Assembly (NCBI GenBank): GCA_031416075.1
Contig: JANOSY010000091.1
Coordinates: 32,001-96,000 of the forward strand
Length of the DNA: 64,000 bases
Origin: Candidatus Tenderia sp.
GTDB taxonomy: Bacteria; Pseudomonadota; Gammaproteobacteria; Tenderiales; Tenderiaceae
Direction of reading: 5' to 3'
The notes below the pieces were generated by a model, which was given only the letters and a program-made list of their open reading frames with translations, was not told the origin of the DNA and did not search any database. Shown one piece after another: positions 18,702 through 27,280 of the stretch. A program made the translations under genes and the position numbers. The first letter of the stretch is position 1. Each line of letters starts with the position of its first letter.

Positions 18702-21700
18702 TTGACGTCCACTCACCAAGCCACCGGTACCATTACAAGAGACGGAAGAATACTTTTGGAATTGCGTCACCGTCCCAGCCCTTTCATCAGCCGCGTCGCC
18801 GCCAGTCTACTGGCACTTGTTCTATCGTTTAGCGCCGTCAACGTTTATGCCGAGCCATTCAGCGAGTATGACCTACTCCTGCTCGACTTCACCCTGGAAC
18901 GTGAGCGTTTAGCCCAATCCGTCACCGCCTATACTGTTAACAACACCATAGTGGTTTCACTGGCCGAGGCCGCCGCTGCCCTGGAGTTCCCTATCGCTGT
19001 TGATGCCGCTAACGGCACCGCAAAGGGATGGTTTCTAAACAGGGAGCGCCATTTTGAACTCAACATCAACGCTGGCACAGTCACCATTGAAGGCAAAACA
19101 ACTGCCTTAACACCCGGCGACGCCATGGTTCATGAAGATGCCATATATGTCCCACTCGAGGCGTTTTCCCGTTGGTTTCCGGCAACCCTTATACCGGAGC
19201 TTACCAAAATGGCCGTTGAGGTTGAGGCGCGGGAGCCGCTCCCCATCCAGCATCGCGCAGAACGTCGCAAGCTGGCCGGCACACGCTTCATTATGACAGC
19301 AGCATCACTCCCTGAAATAGGGCTGCCCTACCAACTAATTGGCCCTCACACCACCGATCTGGCATTGGCATACAACATTCGCCGCAATGCCGACACCAAT
19401 AGCTCGCCCGATGCCAGCCTAAACCACTCGATGCTGATACGTGGCGAACTTGCTTACATGAATTCCGCCATCTACCTGAATGGTAACGACACAAAGCCTG
19501 TGAGCCAGGCCCGCCTGACCCTGTCACGCGACCGGCCTGACACACCAACCGGCATCAGCCGAATAGAGTTCGGCGATATTTCGCCATCGGTACTCTCGGG
19601 TGCCCCCCAAACCGATATAGAGCGCGGCGTGCTGATCAGAGGCTCCACTTTCCAGGATGCATACCTCTACAATCTCGACGGCACCAAAACAAACATCAGC
19701 GGCGACATCCTGCCCGGCTGGGAAGTAGAATTACTGCATAACGGCATACGTGTTGATTACCAGATCATCGGCCCTGAAGGTCGTTATGACTTTCGCGACC
19801 TGGATCTTTACAGTGGCGCCAATACCTTTGAGCTAATTTTCTATGGCCTTGCCGGTGAACGACGCACGGAAATCGTCACTCGCTACGCCGGAGTGGACAC
19901 CATCCGCGAAGGTAACCTCAGTTATCAACTCACCGCCTCGCAAAAGGGAAAATCACTTTACGAAACCGGATTAAATCCAATTAACAATCTGCCTGATCGA
20001 GGCACAGGGCGTTACACCGCACGAATGGATTATGGCCTCTCTGGCAATCTATCCGTTCGTAGCGGTTGGAATAGCACTGTCGAAAACGATGAACGGCTAA
20101 ACTACTACAGCGCCGGATTTCGCACCGGTTGGCGCGACCTTTATCTAATCCTCGACGCCACACGCGACCCCCTGGGGGGTACCATTTGGGACGGGGCAGT
20201 TCACACGCCAGTCACCATGCGTCTGTGGGGATTTAATACCCAGTTTCAACACACCCAGTACGCCAACTCTGTCCTCGCCAAAGACAATACCACTGATCTC
20301 CAGATCACAAGCCGCAGCGCTGTTGTGTTAACCAGGGCCAGCAGAAAACTCTCCAGCCGTTTTGCCGCTGCCCACAACCAGCTCACCCTCGGCTCGACCA
20401 CGATCTATTCCGCCGACCTAAGCACAAATATCAATACTCACCGCATCGGCAACACCCTTAACTATCAAAATTTCAATAACCCGAACACCCCAGATCAACC
20501 CGCAGAGTTCATCGGCAACCTCTACCTCAACAGCAGACTTAACCCCTTTGATATACGCGGCAACATCCTCTATCAGCTCCAACCCAAAAATGAACCCCTG
20601 CAATACCAACTCAAAGCAGACCTGCGCATTTCTCAGGACATGGGCATGTATTTTGGGCTGGACTACACCCCGCTCACTGACCTCACACTCTATACCTCAG
20701 GGCTGAACTGGCAACTCAAATACCTCACCCTCTCACCACGACTCAACTATGATTCCAATAGCAACTACACCGGATTTATTTACGCCAGCACATCACTGTC
20801 CCCCAAACCTGACCGTTTGGGCGTCTTGGTTAGCGGCCAATCCATGGCCAATAACGGCGGCGTGGCCGCGCGTGTCTTTGTCGATAATGACAACAACAAC
20901 AAATTCAACCCAGGTGACACACCGATCCCCCATGTTGATGTCTACGCCTCTCAAGCATTCAGCCACGCAACAACCGATAAACACGGCACCGCCTACCTGA
21001 CTGCGCTACGCCCTGGCAAGGCCACCGACATTCGTCTCGATCAAGGCACGCTACCCAACATATCGCTGATCTCCAACCACGCCGGCAACTCGGTACAACC
21101 ACGCCCGGCCCGTTGGGCAGTGGTCGATTTTCCCGTCATTGCCAGTGGCGAGATCGACGGCACACTCTACCAGCGGCGCGACAATACGCTCCGCCCCCAG
21201 CCCGGCATGTTGGTAGAGCTGCGTGATGTCAATAACGAGGTGGCTGCCTTCAAGATTAGTGGCCGCGATGGTTTTTTCCTCTTCGAACAAGTCCCCCTGG
21301 GTGCCTATACCGTCACACTCGCTGAAGAGGCCCGCGACCGTCTGACCTCTCCACCCGCCCACGTCAAACTAAGCCAGGAAACCCCCAGCCAAACGGGCAT
21401 CGAACTTGTTCTATCAGCGCCAAAAGCCGCCCAGGCAACGCTGTTTCCCACGCAAAAAAACCGTGTATTTGTACCCACCACCCAGCAAACAACACCAGCC
21501 CCCACACTCAACAACCCTGCTAAGGCAGCCCCTACAGCGCCCATAACCACTCTGGCCACCTCCTACGTGCTACAGCTGGGTGCATTTAACAGCCAAGCCT
21601 CAGCAGCGGCAGCATCAACAGAGCTACGTCAGCGTTACAACAACCTGCTACAGGGGCTGGAGATGCAAATCGAACGCGCCGACCTAGGCCCCAAGGGGGT

Positions 21701-21824
21701 GTTTTACCGTGTATTTGCCCGCGGCAACATGGATGCAAACGAAGCAAAGGCACGCTGTAACCAACTGGGTACGCGTGGCCAGAACTGTCTGGTGGCCCCA
21801 CACAGAAATACAGCAACGCCTTAA
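18702..21824 (+). CDS. Usher-like outer-membrane protein with C-terminal Ig/carboxypeptidase-regulatory-like domains and a SPOR domain
   Basis: Signal peptide; ISGDILPGWEVELLHNG..GRYDF..L..GAN..ELIFYG.GE usher-plug-like segment; RVFVDNDNN; IDGTLY; C-terminal YVLQLGAF..FYRV..A.A.C..L....NC SPOR pattern; exact start uncertain. Confidence 0.7.
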   Translation: MTSTHQATGTITRDGRILLELRHRPSPFISRVAASLLALVLSFSAVNVYAEPFSEYDLLLLDFTLERERLAQSVTAYTVNNTIVVSLAEAAAALEFPIAVDAANGTAKGWFLNRERHFELNINAGTVTIEGKTTALTPGDAMVHEDAIYVPLEAFSRWFPATLIPELTKMAVEVEAREPLPIQHRAERRKLAGTRFIMTAASLPEIGLPYQLIGPHTTDLALAYNIRRNADTNSSPDASLNHSMLIRGELAYMNSAIYLNGNDTKPVSQARLTLSRDRPDTPTGISRIEFGDISPSVLSGAPQTDIERGVLIRGSTFQDAYLYNLDGTKTNISGDILPGWEVELLHNGIRVDYQIIGPEGRYDFRDLDLYSGANTFELIFYGLAGERRTEIVTRYAGVDTIREGNLSYQLTASQKGKSLYETGLNPINNLPDRGTGRYTARMDYGLSGNLSVRSGWNSTVENDERLNYYSAGFRTGWRDLYLILDATRDPLGGTIWDGAVHTPVTMRLWGFNTQFQHTQYANSVLAKDNTTDLQITSRSAVVLTRASRKLSSRFAAAHNQLTLGSTTIYSADLSTNINTHRIGNTLNYQNFNNPNTPDQPAEFIGNLYLNSRLNPFDIRGNILYQLQPKNEPLQYQLKADLRISQDMGMYFGLDYTPLTDLTLYTSGLNWQLKYLTLSPRLNYDSNSNYTGFIYASTSLSPKPDRLGVLVSGQSMANNGGVAARVFVDNDNNNKFNPGDTPIPHVDVYASQAFSHATTDKHGTAYLTALRPGKATDIRLDQGTLPNISLISNHAGNSVQPRPARWAVVDFPVIASGEIDGTLYQRRDNTLRPQPGMLVELRDVNNEVAAFKISGRDGFFLFEQVPLGAYTVTLAEEARDRLTSPPAHVKLSQETPSQTGIELVLSAPKAAQATLFPTQKNRVFVPTTQQTTPAPTLNNPAKAAPTAPITTLATSYVLQLGAFNSQASAAAASTELRQRYNNLLQGLEMQIERADLGPKGVFYRVFARGNMDANEAKARCNQLGTRGQNCLVAPHRNTATP

Positions 21825-21977
21825 CTCATCGCTGCCCCACCAGACGCTACGGCTTAGCTCAACCATTTGAGTAATCCGCCCCTGACATGACGAGCTCGCC
21901 ATCATAAAGTATCTGCCCCAAGGGACGCTTGGGGCACAATGTGCTTTGGATACAGAAAAGTTATTTACGCCCCCCCC

Positions 21978-22004
21978 TAAAGTTATCCTCACAACCGCCG
22001 AATT
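21978..22004 (+). promoter_or_regulatory. sigma28-like promoter
   Basis: TAAA-gttatcctcacaacc(15)-GCCGAATT upstream of the 22118 ORF. Confidence 0.5.
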
Positions 22005-22117
22005 AACCCCTAGCACGCCTGATCCCTGACAAGAACATATGGGACAGCACATCTCCGGCTAACAATGGATTCAGTGAACGTCGGTGACAAATATAATCAT
22101 TCCAGAGATCTCCAGTC

Positions 22118-22813
22118 ATGAAACCTAGCCAGTCAAAAGTAAACAACAGCTTCCCCCTGCTCGCCATTGCCACATTGTGCCTGACCGCAGCCACACCCGT
22201 AACACAGGCAGCAGAGGAGTCCGCGGGTGGGGTTCGCTCTTTTTTATCTGACCCCCAACGGGTAGGCTCGCTGACCGGCACTATCCTCGGCGGTGCCCTG
22301 ACAGCTCATCCAATCGGGACACTGGCAGGCAGCATAATCGGCTTTTTTATCGGCAAAGAGACCATGCACAAAGACCCCGAGCAGCAACAGCCCGCTCAAT
22401 ATAGCTATGCTCAGCGCAGCTTCATTCCAACAACAACTAAAGAGTCCGCAATCCCCATGTTGGCCTTAGAGACATCGACCCCGGCAACAATGGCGCTACC
22501 AGCACCTGTAACCACCTTGATCACATCAGCACCACCAGCCACCCACGTTGCCTCCGCAACTCAGAACAAATCACCGTCAATACCAGTAACGGCAGCTCCA
22601 CCTGCTGTAGCTGTATCACTTCTATCACCACCAACAATGAATACCGACCTACGCTCAATCGAAACAGTGACCATGGCGATGGACTATGTCCCTACAGCAA
22701 ACAAGCTATCGCCGCTGGAACAGATCGCCTCCCTCTGCTACGGCAATAGTGGGCAAATCAAAACCAGTAACCCCGACCTGCAGTCACTCTGCTACTACCA
22801 CCAGTCCAGCTAA
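22118..22813 (+). CDS. Secreted hypothetical protein: glycine-zipper, Pro/Thr-rich linker, C-terminal Cys pair
   Basis: Signal peptide; GSLTGTILGGALTAHPIGTLAGSIIGFFIG; LCYG..LCYYH. Confidence 0.65.
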   Translation: MKPSQSKVNNSFPLLAIATLCLTAATPVTQAAEESAGGVRSFLSDPQRVGSLTGTILGGALTAHPIGTLAGSIIGFFIGKETMHKDPEQQQPAQYSYAQRSFIPTTTKESAIPMLALETSTPATMALPAPVTTLITSAPPATHVASATQNKSPSIPVTAAPPAVAVSLLSPPTMNTDLRSIETVTMAMDYVPTANKLSPLEQIASLCYGNSGQIKTSNPDLQSLCYYHQSS

Positions 22814-23012
22814 ATTCGCAAACGTAATAGCAGGGGCTGATCTTCAGCATCGGCTAACTCGACCCACTTAAAACTTGTGTATTTATAGAAGCCACAGCCC
22901 TGCAAGAGAGCAATTAGGTGACGGGATAAATGGGGCATCAGCCGCCATTATGTGAGGGCATAAAGAGATAACATTTTACAACGCGCTGACCACCTGAAAG
23001 TGCGGGTTTATC

Positions 23013-23978
23013 TCAGTAGGTCACCGTTAAAGAGTAGGTGCCGCTATAGGCACCATTCAAATACGCCTTATTGGTGAGTTCTGTCTCCAGCGTAGCGCCA
23101 ACTTTAATTTGCAGCTCACCCATAGCATCGGTTCTGGCACCCGGAGAATTGGGGGAGGTGACAAAACTTTTCACCACAAAACGCGCCGCACTTAACCCCT
23201 CTGCCACATGGGTAAGAAATATATCTGTTGCCTGAGGGGTAATCGTCACCACATTATTGGGTGCCGCGCCGGTGACTCGAATCAAACCAATCTGCGCCCC
23301 ACCCAGAGGCAAAATACGCGCCCCCCCCGAGTTCGCCACACTAAGCGCGCCGTTCACCCCTAACGTCATGCTGGCGACCACACCAGGGTTGGAAAATGCC
23401 GCAATCAAACCAAAAGAGAGCGGCTGTGCCTCTGTAACGCTGAAGACAGACTGCAGTTGCGCAACCAGTGTCACCACGCCATAGTGGATCAAATAACCAC
23501 CATCCGGCTCCGACCAGTAACGCACACGCACCTGGGTTGTTCCACTGTAGGGGGCATCCACATACATAATGCCACTGGCACTGGTCTTAAGCGTCGCCCC
23601 CACCGGCACCACCGCCTCGCCAAAGGCATCCGCCGCCAACGTTGGATTGACGTAGTTGGTCACCTGAAGATGCTCCGGCAGACCACCGCCGCCAGCACTC
23701 AAGGTCGCATTATCCCATTGCAGCTCCAGCAATACACCCGGCGGGAATCCAGACAACCGGTACTGGCCACGGACAGCACCTCCCATCGGGATAATTTCAC
23801 CCGTATTGCTCACAGCACCTGCTGAGGAGATCGTTAGAGTAGAGACAACGCCATTTGTCTTAACCGCTAACAGACCAAAATTTAACGGCACATTCGCCGT
23901 CACGGCCGGTGCTGCAGAGACGCTGACAGAAACAGACAGCAGCAGCAACGCCGTCACTTTGCACAACCAACTCGGCAT
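23013..23978 (-). CDS. Two-domain DUF4402-like pilin (minor subunit or tip adhesin)
   Basis: Two repeats, each starting PL[NS]FG and ending VGATL...YSGT (C-terminus GAYSGTYSLTVTY). Confidence 0.72.
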   Translation of the reverse strand: MPSWLCKVTALLLLSVSVSVSAAPAVTANVPLNFGLLAVKTNGVVSTLTISSAGAVSNTGEIIPMGGAVRGQYRLSGFPPGVLLELQWDNATLSAGGGGLPEHLQVTNYVNPTLAADAFGEAVVPVGATLKTSASGIMYVDAPYSGTTQVRVRYWSEPDGGYLIHYGVVTLVAQLQSVFSVTEAQPLSFGLIAAFSNPGVVASMTLGVNGALSVANSGGARILPLGGAQIGLIRVTGAAPNNVVTITPQATDIFLTHVAEGLSAARFVVKSFVTSPNSPGARTDAMGELQIKVGATLETELTNKAYLNGAYSGTYSLTVTY

Positions 23979-24051
23979 CCACCCACTAATCACGCCCTGC
24001 TCCTCTGTGCTTTTATTTAACATCCGTATCATCAGGCAATACTGTTTATAA

Positions 24052-24081
24052 CAAACAAAACAGGGGCCCCAAGGCCCCTGT
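24052..24081 (-). terminator. Hairpin/terminator after the major pilin
   Basis: CAGGGGCC-N4-GGCCCCTG followed by TTTTGTTT on the minus strand. Confidence 0.7.
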
Positions 24082-24111
24082 GCATCTCTTTCAAACCACT
24101 TCTATTATCTA

Positions 24112-24807
24112 TTAATAATTGGCGGTCACAGTGAAACTTCCTGAATAAGTGGTTGGCTGATAAGCGGTATTACCACTAGAAATATCGGTAAGAATGGTCG
24201 CGCCGATTTTAAAATTCAACGCAGTGGAACCAAAAGCAGGGGTAATCTGACAGGCATATAGCGCATCAACAACATTAGTGCACAGGCTATTTGCTGTGCC
24301 TCCGGTAACAGTCCCCACCGTAAACTGGGCCAACTGGAACTTGGCCACAGATGGATCAGCAGCCGAAACCAATACCAGGTTGCTGCCCGTAAGCGCACCG
24401 ATATTTGTGCCAAAGGTAGCGGCACCTAACGCCACGGTACTCACCTCTGCACCCGGTAGTGTCAGCGTGACAGGAGTGGTCGAACTGACCGCAATAGTAG
24501 CCGAAGCAGGCACATGCCCACCCAGGGCGATCAATGGTTTATCAGCTGCGCTGCCCGGAACATGGGCCCCAACCGTACCGGCTGGACTCAAAACCAATGC
24601 CCCATAAGTCTCACCCGCGACCCCTGATGCTGTGTTGGCGTACAAGGTACCCAGATTCATGCCGACAATATTAGTAATGGCAACAGTAGTCTGCACAGTG
24701 GCAGTGACCGGAAATGATTCTGCTGACACCGCCCCACTCATGGCCATGCTCAACATGGCCACTGAAGCTGCGATAGATGTCTTGCGGAAAGAAAAATTCA
24801 TGCTCAT
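24112..24807 (-). CDS. DUF4402-like pilin, probable major subunit
   Basis: Signal peptide; VTATVQ N-terminal extension; MNLGTL; one Cys pair; FKIGATI..YSGSFTVTANY terminal strand. Confidence 0.75.
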   Translation of the reverse strand: MSMNFSFRKTSIAASVAMLSMAMSGAVSAESFPVTATVQTTVAITNIVGMNLGTLYANTASGVAGETYGALVLSPAGTVGAHVPGSAADKPLIALGGHVPASATIAVSSTTPVTLTLPGAEVSTVALGAATFGTNIGALTGSNLVLVSAADPSVAKFQLAQFTVGTVTGGTANSLCTNVVDALYACQITPAFGSTALNFKIGATILTDISSGNTAYQPTTYSGSFTVTANY

Positions 24808-24850
24808 GGTGTTGCTCCATCATTCATTCTTAATTGTTGTATGTAACGGA

Positions 24851-24934
24851 TATTTATTATTTATTATTTATTATTTATTATTTATTATTTATTATTTATT
24901 ATTTATTATTTATTATTTATTATTTATTATTTAT
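24851..24934. repeat. Perfect heptanucleotide tandem repeat (TATTTAT)x12
   Basis: 84 bp counted directly; 43 nt lie between it and the pilin ATG. Confidence 0.97.
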
Positions 24935-24956
24935 AAATTCACCGTTTCCGAGAATG

Positions 24957-24983
24957 ATATCGCCTCACTGTTCTGAATCTTTA
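24957..24983 (-). promoter_or_regulatory. sigma28-like promoter for the major pilin
   Basis: TAAA-gattcagaacagtga(15)-GGCGATAT. Confidence 0.5.
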
Positions 24984-25067
24984 AAAAATTGTAAAAAATG
25001 TTATGACCACCTCACAAATGTTTTAAACCGCTTCCGCCCCCCCCAATAAAGATAAAACCACCGATAG

Positions 25068-25949
25068 TTAACGTATCTGGAAGACCTTCTCATCCCAGAG
25101 TATGCCGGCGTACTCATCCACACCTTCGTAGGCCACACGCACCCACGCCCCCGCCGGGATACTACTGTCACGCAAGTTCACGACTAACCGGCGCTTACCA
25201 ACTTCCGCAAAAATACTGATGTTATCAGCCGTCCCGATACGCTCTACAGCAGCCCCGGCATTACGCTGCATATCAACACTCACCCGCCCAACGCAGCCCG
25301 CCAGACCACTGCTCTCCATAAGCACTGCAAGCTGAAGCGGCTGCCCTAGCTCTGTTGCTGGCACAACATCGACACTCGCGATCTTTACCTGTGGAGTCTC
25401 AGCCACCTGATGTCTCACCACCACTGGAATCGCCACGGACATCTGCATGCTCACCATCAGCGTCATCCCCTTATTATCACCTTCACCCATAATCTTCTGA
25501 ACACTCATGGGCTCCGAAAGCTCCTCGACGACACGGAATATCATATGTGAGCGATACTCCCCTGGCTTCATCCCCTTTCCTGGTTTAAATTCAACACGTA
25601 CACTCTGGTTAGAATTGGGCAGCACCGTGATTTGGCGCGGTGAGAGACGCAGGTAAGGACTGGCAGACGCATGTTTCTGCTCTTCTCCCTCTTTGTATTC
25701 ACTGTAAACACCATCCTCTGACATGCGCTGCTCAAGCCACTCCAAACGATAGGTGCGTGGACCAGAACTAGGGTTACGTAAAATGACTGTGGCCGACCGT
25801 TTGTCATCATCCAGATAAACACGTTGCGGGCTGACCAATACATCCGCCCGTAGTGGCAATGCCAGCAGCATTGCCAGAATAAATGCCACCAAAACCGCCA
25901 TCGAGCCACACTTACGATACCAACCGTGCGCCACCGAACTAAAATGCAT
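25068..25949 (-). CDS. Periplasmic pilus chaperone (PapD-like)
   Basis: VLVSPQRVYL; ILRNPS; YLRLSPRQITV.PN..QSVRV; GEYRSH; SVAIPVVVR; GGAGG SD before ATG 25949. Confidence 0.85.
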   Translation of the reverse strand: MHFSSVAHGWYRKCGSMAVLVAFILAMLLALPLRADVLVSPQRVYLDDDKRSATVILRNPSSGPRTYRLEWLEQRMSEDGVYSEYKEGEEQKHASASPYLRLSPRQITVLPNSNQSVRVEFKPGKGMKPGEYRSHMIFRVVEELSEPMSVQKIMGEGDNKGMTLMVSMQMSVAIPVVVRHQVAETPQVKIASVDVVPATELGQPLQLAVLMESSGLAGCVGRVSVDMQRNAGAAVERIGTADNISIFAEVGKRRLVVNLRDSSIPAGAWVRVAYEGVDEYAGILWDEKVFQIR

Positions 25950-26013
25950 GAGGCCTCCACATCTTATTTGCCATATTAATAGATTCAAATTTCACAGAAC
26001 TAATACCGCCCCA

Positions 26014-26964
26014 TTACCAGGCCCGGACACGCAGACCCGCGCTATATTTAGGTGCTCCGCCTTCACCCTTATAAACGGCCACTGCGGATTCCGGAAAAAC
26101 CTTTATGACCTCAACCGCCCCCAGGCGGCTCTCAATTTGGTCACTCAGACGAAACAGTTGCAAAGTATCACCGGGGCGAATCAGTGCGGCACCACTGGTG
26201 CTGATATATAAACTATCACCCACTACCTTAGTGACACGGGCCATCAAGGGCAGACAGGCAAGTTTTTTCAAACCCTGCTCAACCTCGGCATTCAATACAG
26301 AATTTAATGCTTCACCCAGCGGCGTAGTGATAAACGCCCCACGCAATAACGGGCTGCGTGCCAAATTGATCACCTCTGACTCGCTCCCCTCGGCCTGTGT
26401 GGCATAAAAGAGAGACGCTATCTGGGTGCCATAAAGGCCATCAAATATCATTAGTTCAGCATCAACCTGGCGTCGCATCCGTAACGATGGAATGGTGTAC
26501 CTGCCAACACCAAACTGGTTGCGACTGGTATGCAGGTTATGAAAACGCACCGCCACCACAAACTGCACATCCAACCGGTTGGCCAGCGCAACAATCCACT
26601 CTTGCTGGAGTGGACCGCTGTGAAGATGCTGGTCACTGGCATTCACCACCAAGAGCCGCCCACTCTCATTCAGACGCTGCTGCAACAGCTCAGACCAGCG
26701 GGCCGTTAATCCCGGCAGATCGCCAGCATCTTGCGGCTGCAATAGTTCCGTCGCCAGCACCGCTACCTTTTTACGGTAGGAAAAGGGCGCACCCTGCTCT
26801 GGATCACAAAAATCTACTTCCACTGGCTTTGCAGGTTCAACCACTTCACTCTGCACCTCAACAACAGCCTGTGGTGCCACCACCTGACCAGCACAACCGA
26901 CCAGCAACAACAGGGCAATAGCCCCGCTGAGAAATTTCGCTAGTAAATTTGTCATGGTCAACAT
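26014..26964 (-). CDS. FlgT-like lipoprotein (flagellar assembly protein T, middle and C-terminal domains)
   Basis: Lipobox LLVGC; YRKKVAV; ACLPLMARV..V.GD..YI..G....IRPGD.L. Confidence 0.68.
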   Translation of the reverse strand: MLTMTNLLAKFLSGAIALLLLVGCAGQVVAPQAVVEVQSEVVEPAKPVEVDFCDPEQGAPFSYRKKVAVLATELLQPQDAGDLPGLTARWSELLQQRLNESGRLLVVNASDQHLHSGPLQQEWIVALANRLDVQFVVAVRFHNLHTSRNQFGVGRYTIPSLRMRRQVDAELMIFDGLYGTQIASLFYATQAEGSESEVINLARSPLLRGAFITTPLGEALNSVLNAEVEQGLKKLACLPLMARVTKVVGDSLYISTSGAALIRPGDTLQLFRLSDQIESRLGAVEVIKVFPESAVAVYKGEGGAPKYSAGLRVRAW

Positions 26965-27038
26965 GAAACGTAGTCCCTGATCCCAAACAATATGTGCATC
27001 ACCCGGCGGCCAATCAACGCGGGCATATTTACCTGGAA

Positions 27039-27054
27039 AGCAAAATGCGCGCCA
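27039..27054 (-). promoter_or_regulatory. sigma54 -24/-12 promoter
   Basis: TGGCGCG-CATT-TTGCT matches TGGCACG-N4-TTGCW with exact spacing, ~75 nt upstream of the flgT-like gene. Confidence 0.65.
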
Positions 27055-27171
27055 CTCTTAAAATAAAATGGTGGCCAAAGAGAAGACGGAGGAATCAGCA
27101 GCCCTGCAACAAGCCAATCTGGCAATACTTGAATGTGATGGCTCAGCCAAACCATACAGCGCCGTAGCCAT

Positions 27172-27211
27172 AAAAAAAGCGGCTATACCCTGTGGGCATA
27201 GCCGCTTTTTT
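27172..27211 (-). terminator. trpE terminator
   Basis: AAAAAAGCGGCTAT...ATAGCCGCTTTTTT. Confidence 0.85.
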
Positions 27212-27280
27212 GAACACTGGCCGACCTCTTCAACAAGGTGCTCGTACCCAGCTACAACCGTTTTATATCAGAGCAGCCCC

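Noticed and set aside
24851-24934. Possible CRISPR array
   Set aside because: Pure tandem 7-mer with no spacers and no cas genes.
25001-25017. CRP-like site upstream of the pilin promoter
   Set aside because: Half-sites are separated by 5 rather than 6 bp.
24632-25049. Plus-strand ORFs with (LLFIIYY)n repeats
   Set aside because: Translation artefacts of the heptamer repeat; the longer one is also antisense to the pilin gene.
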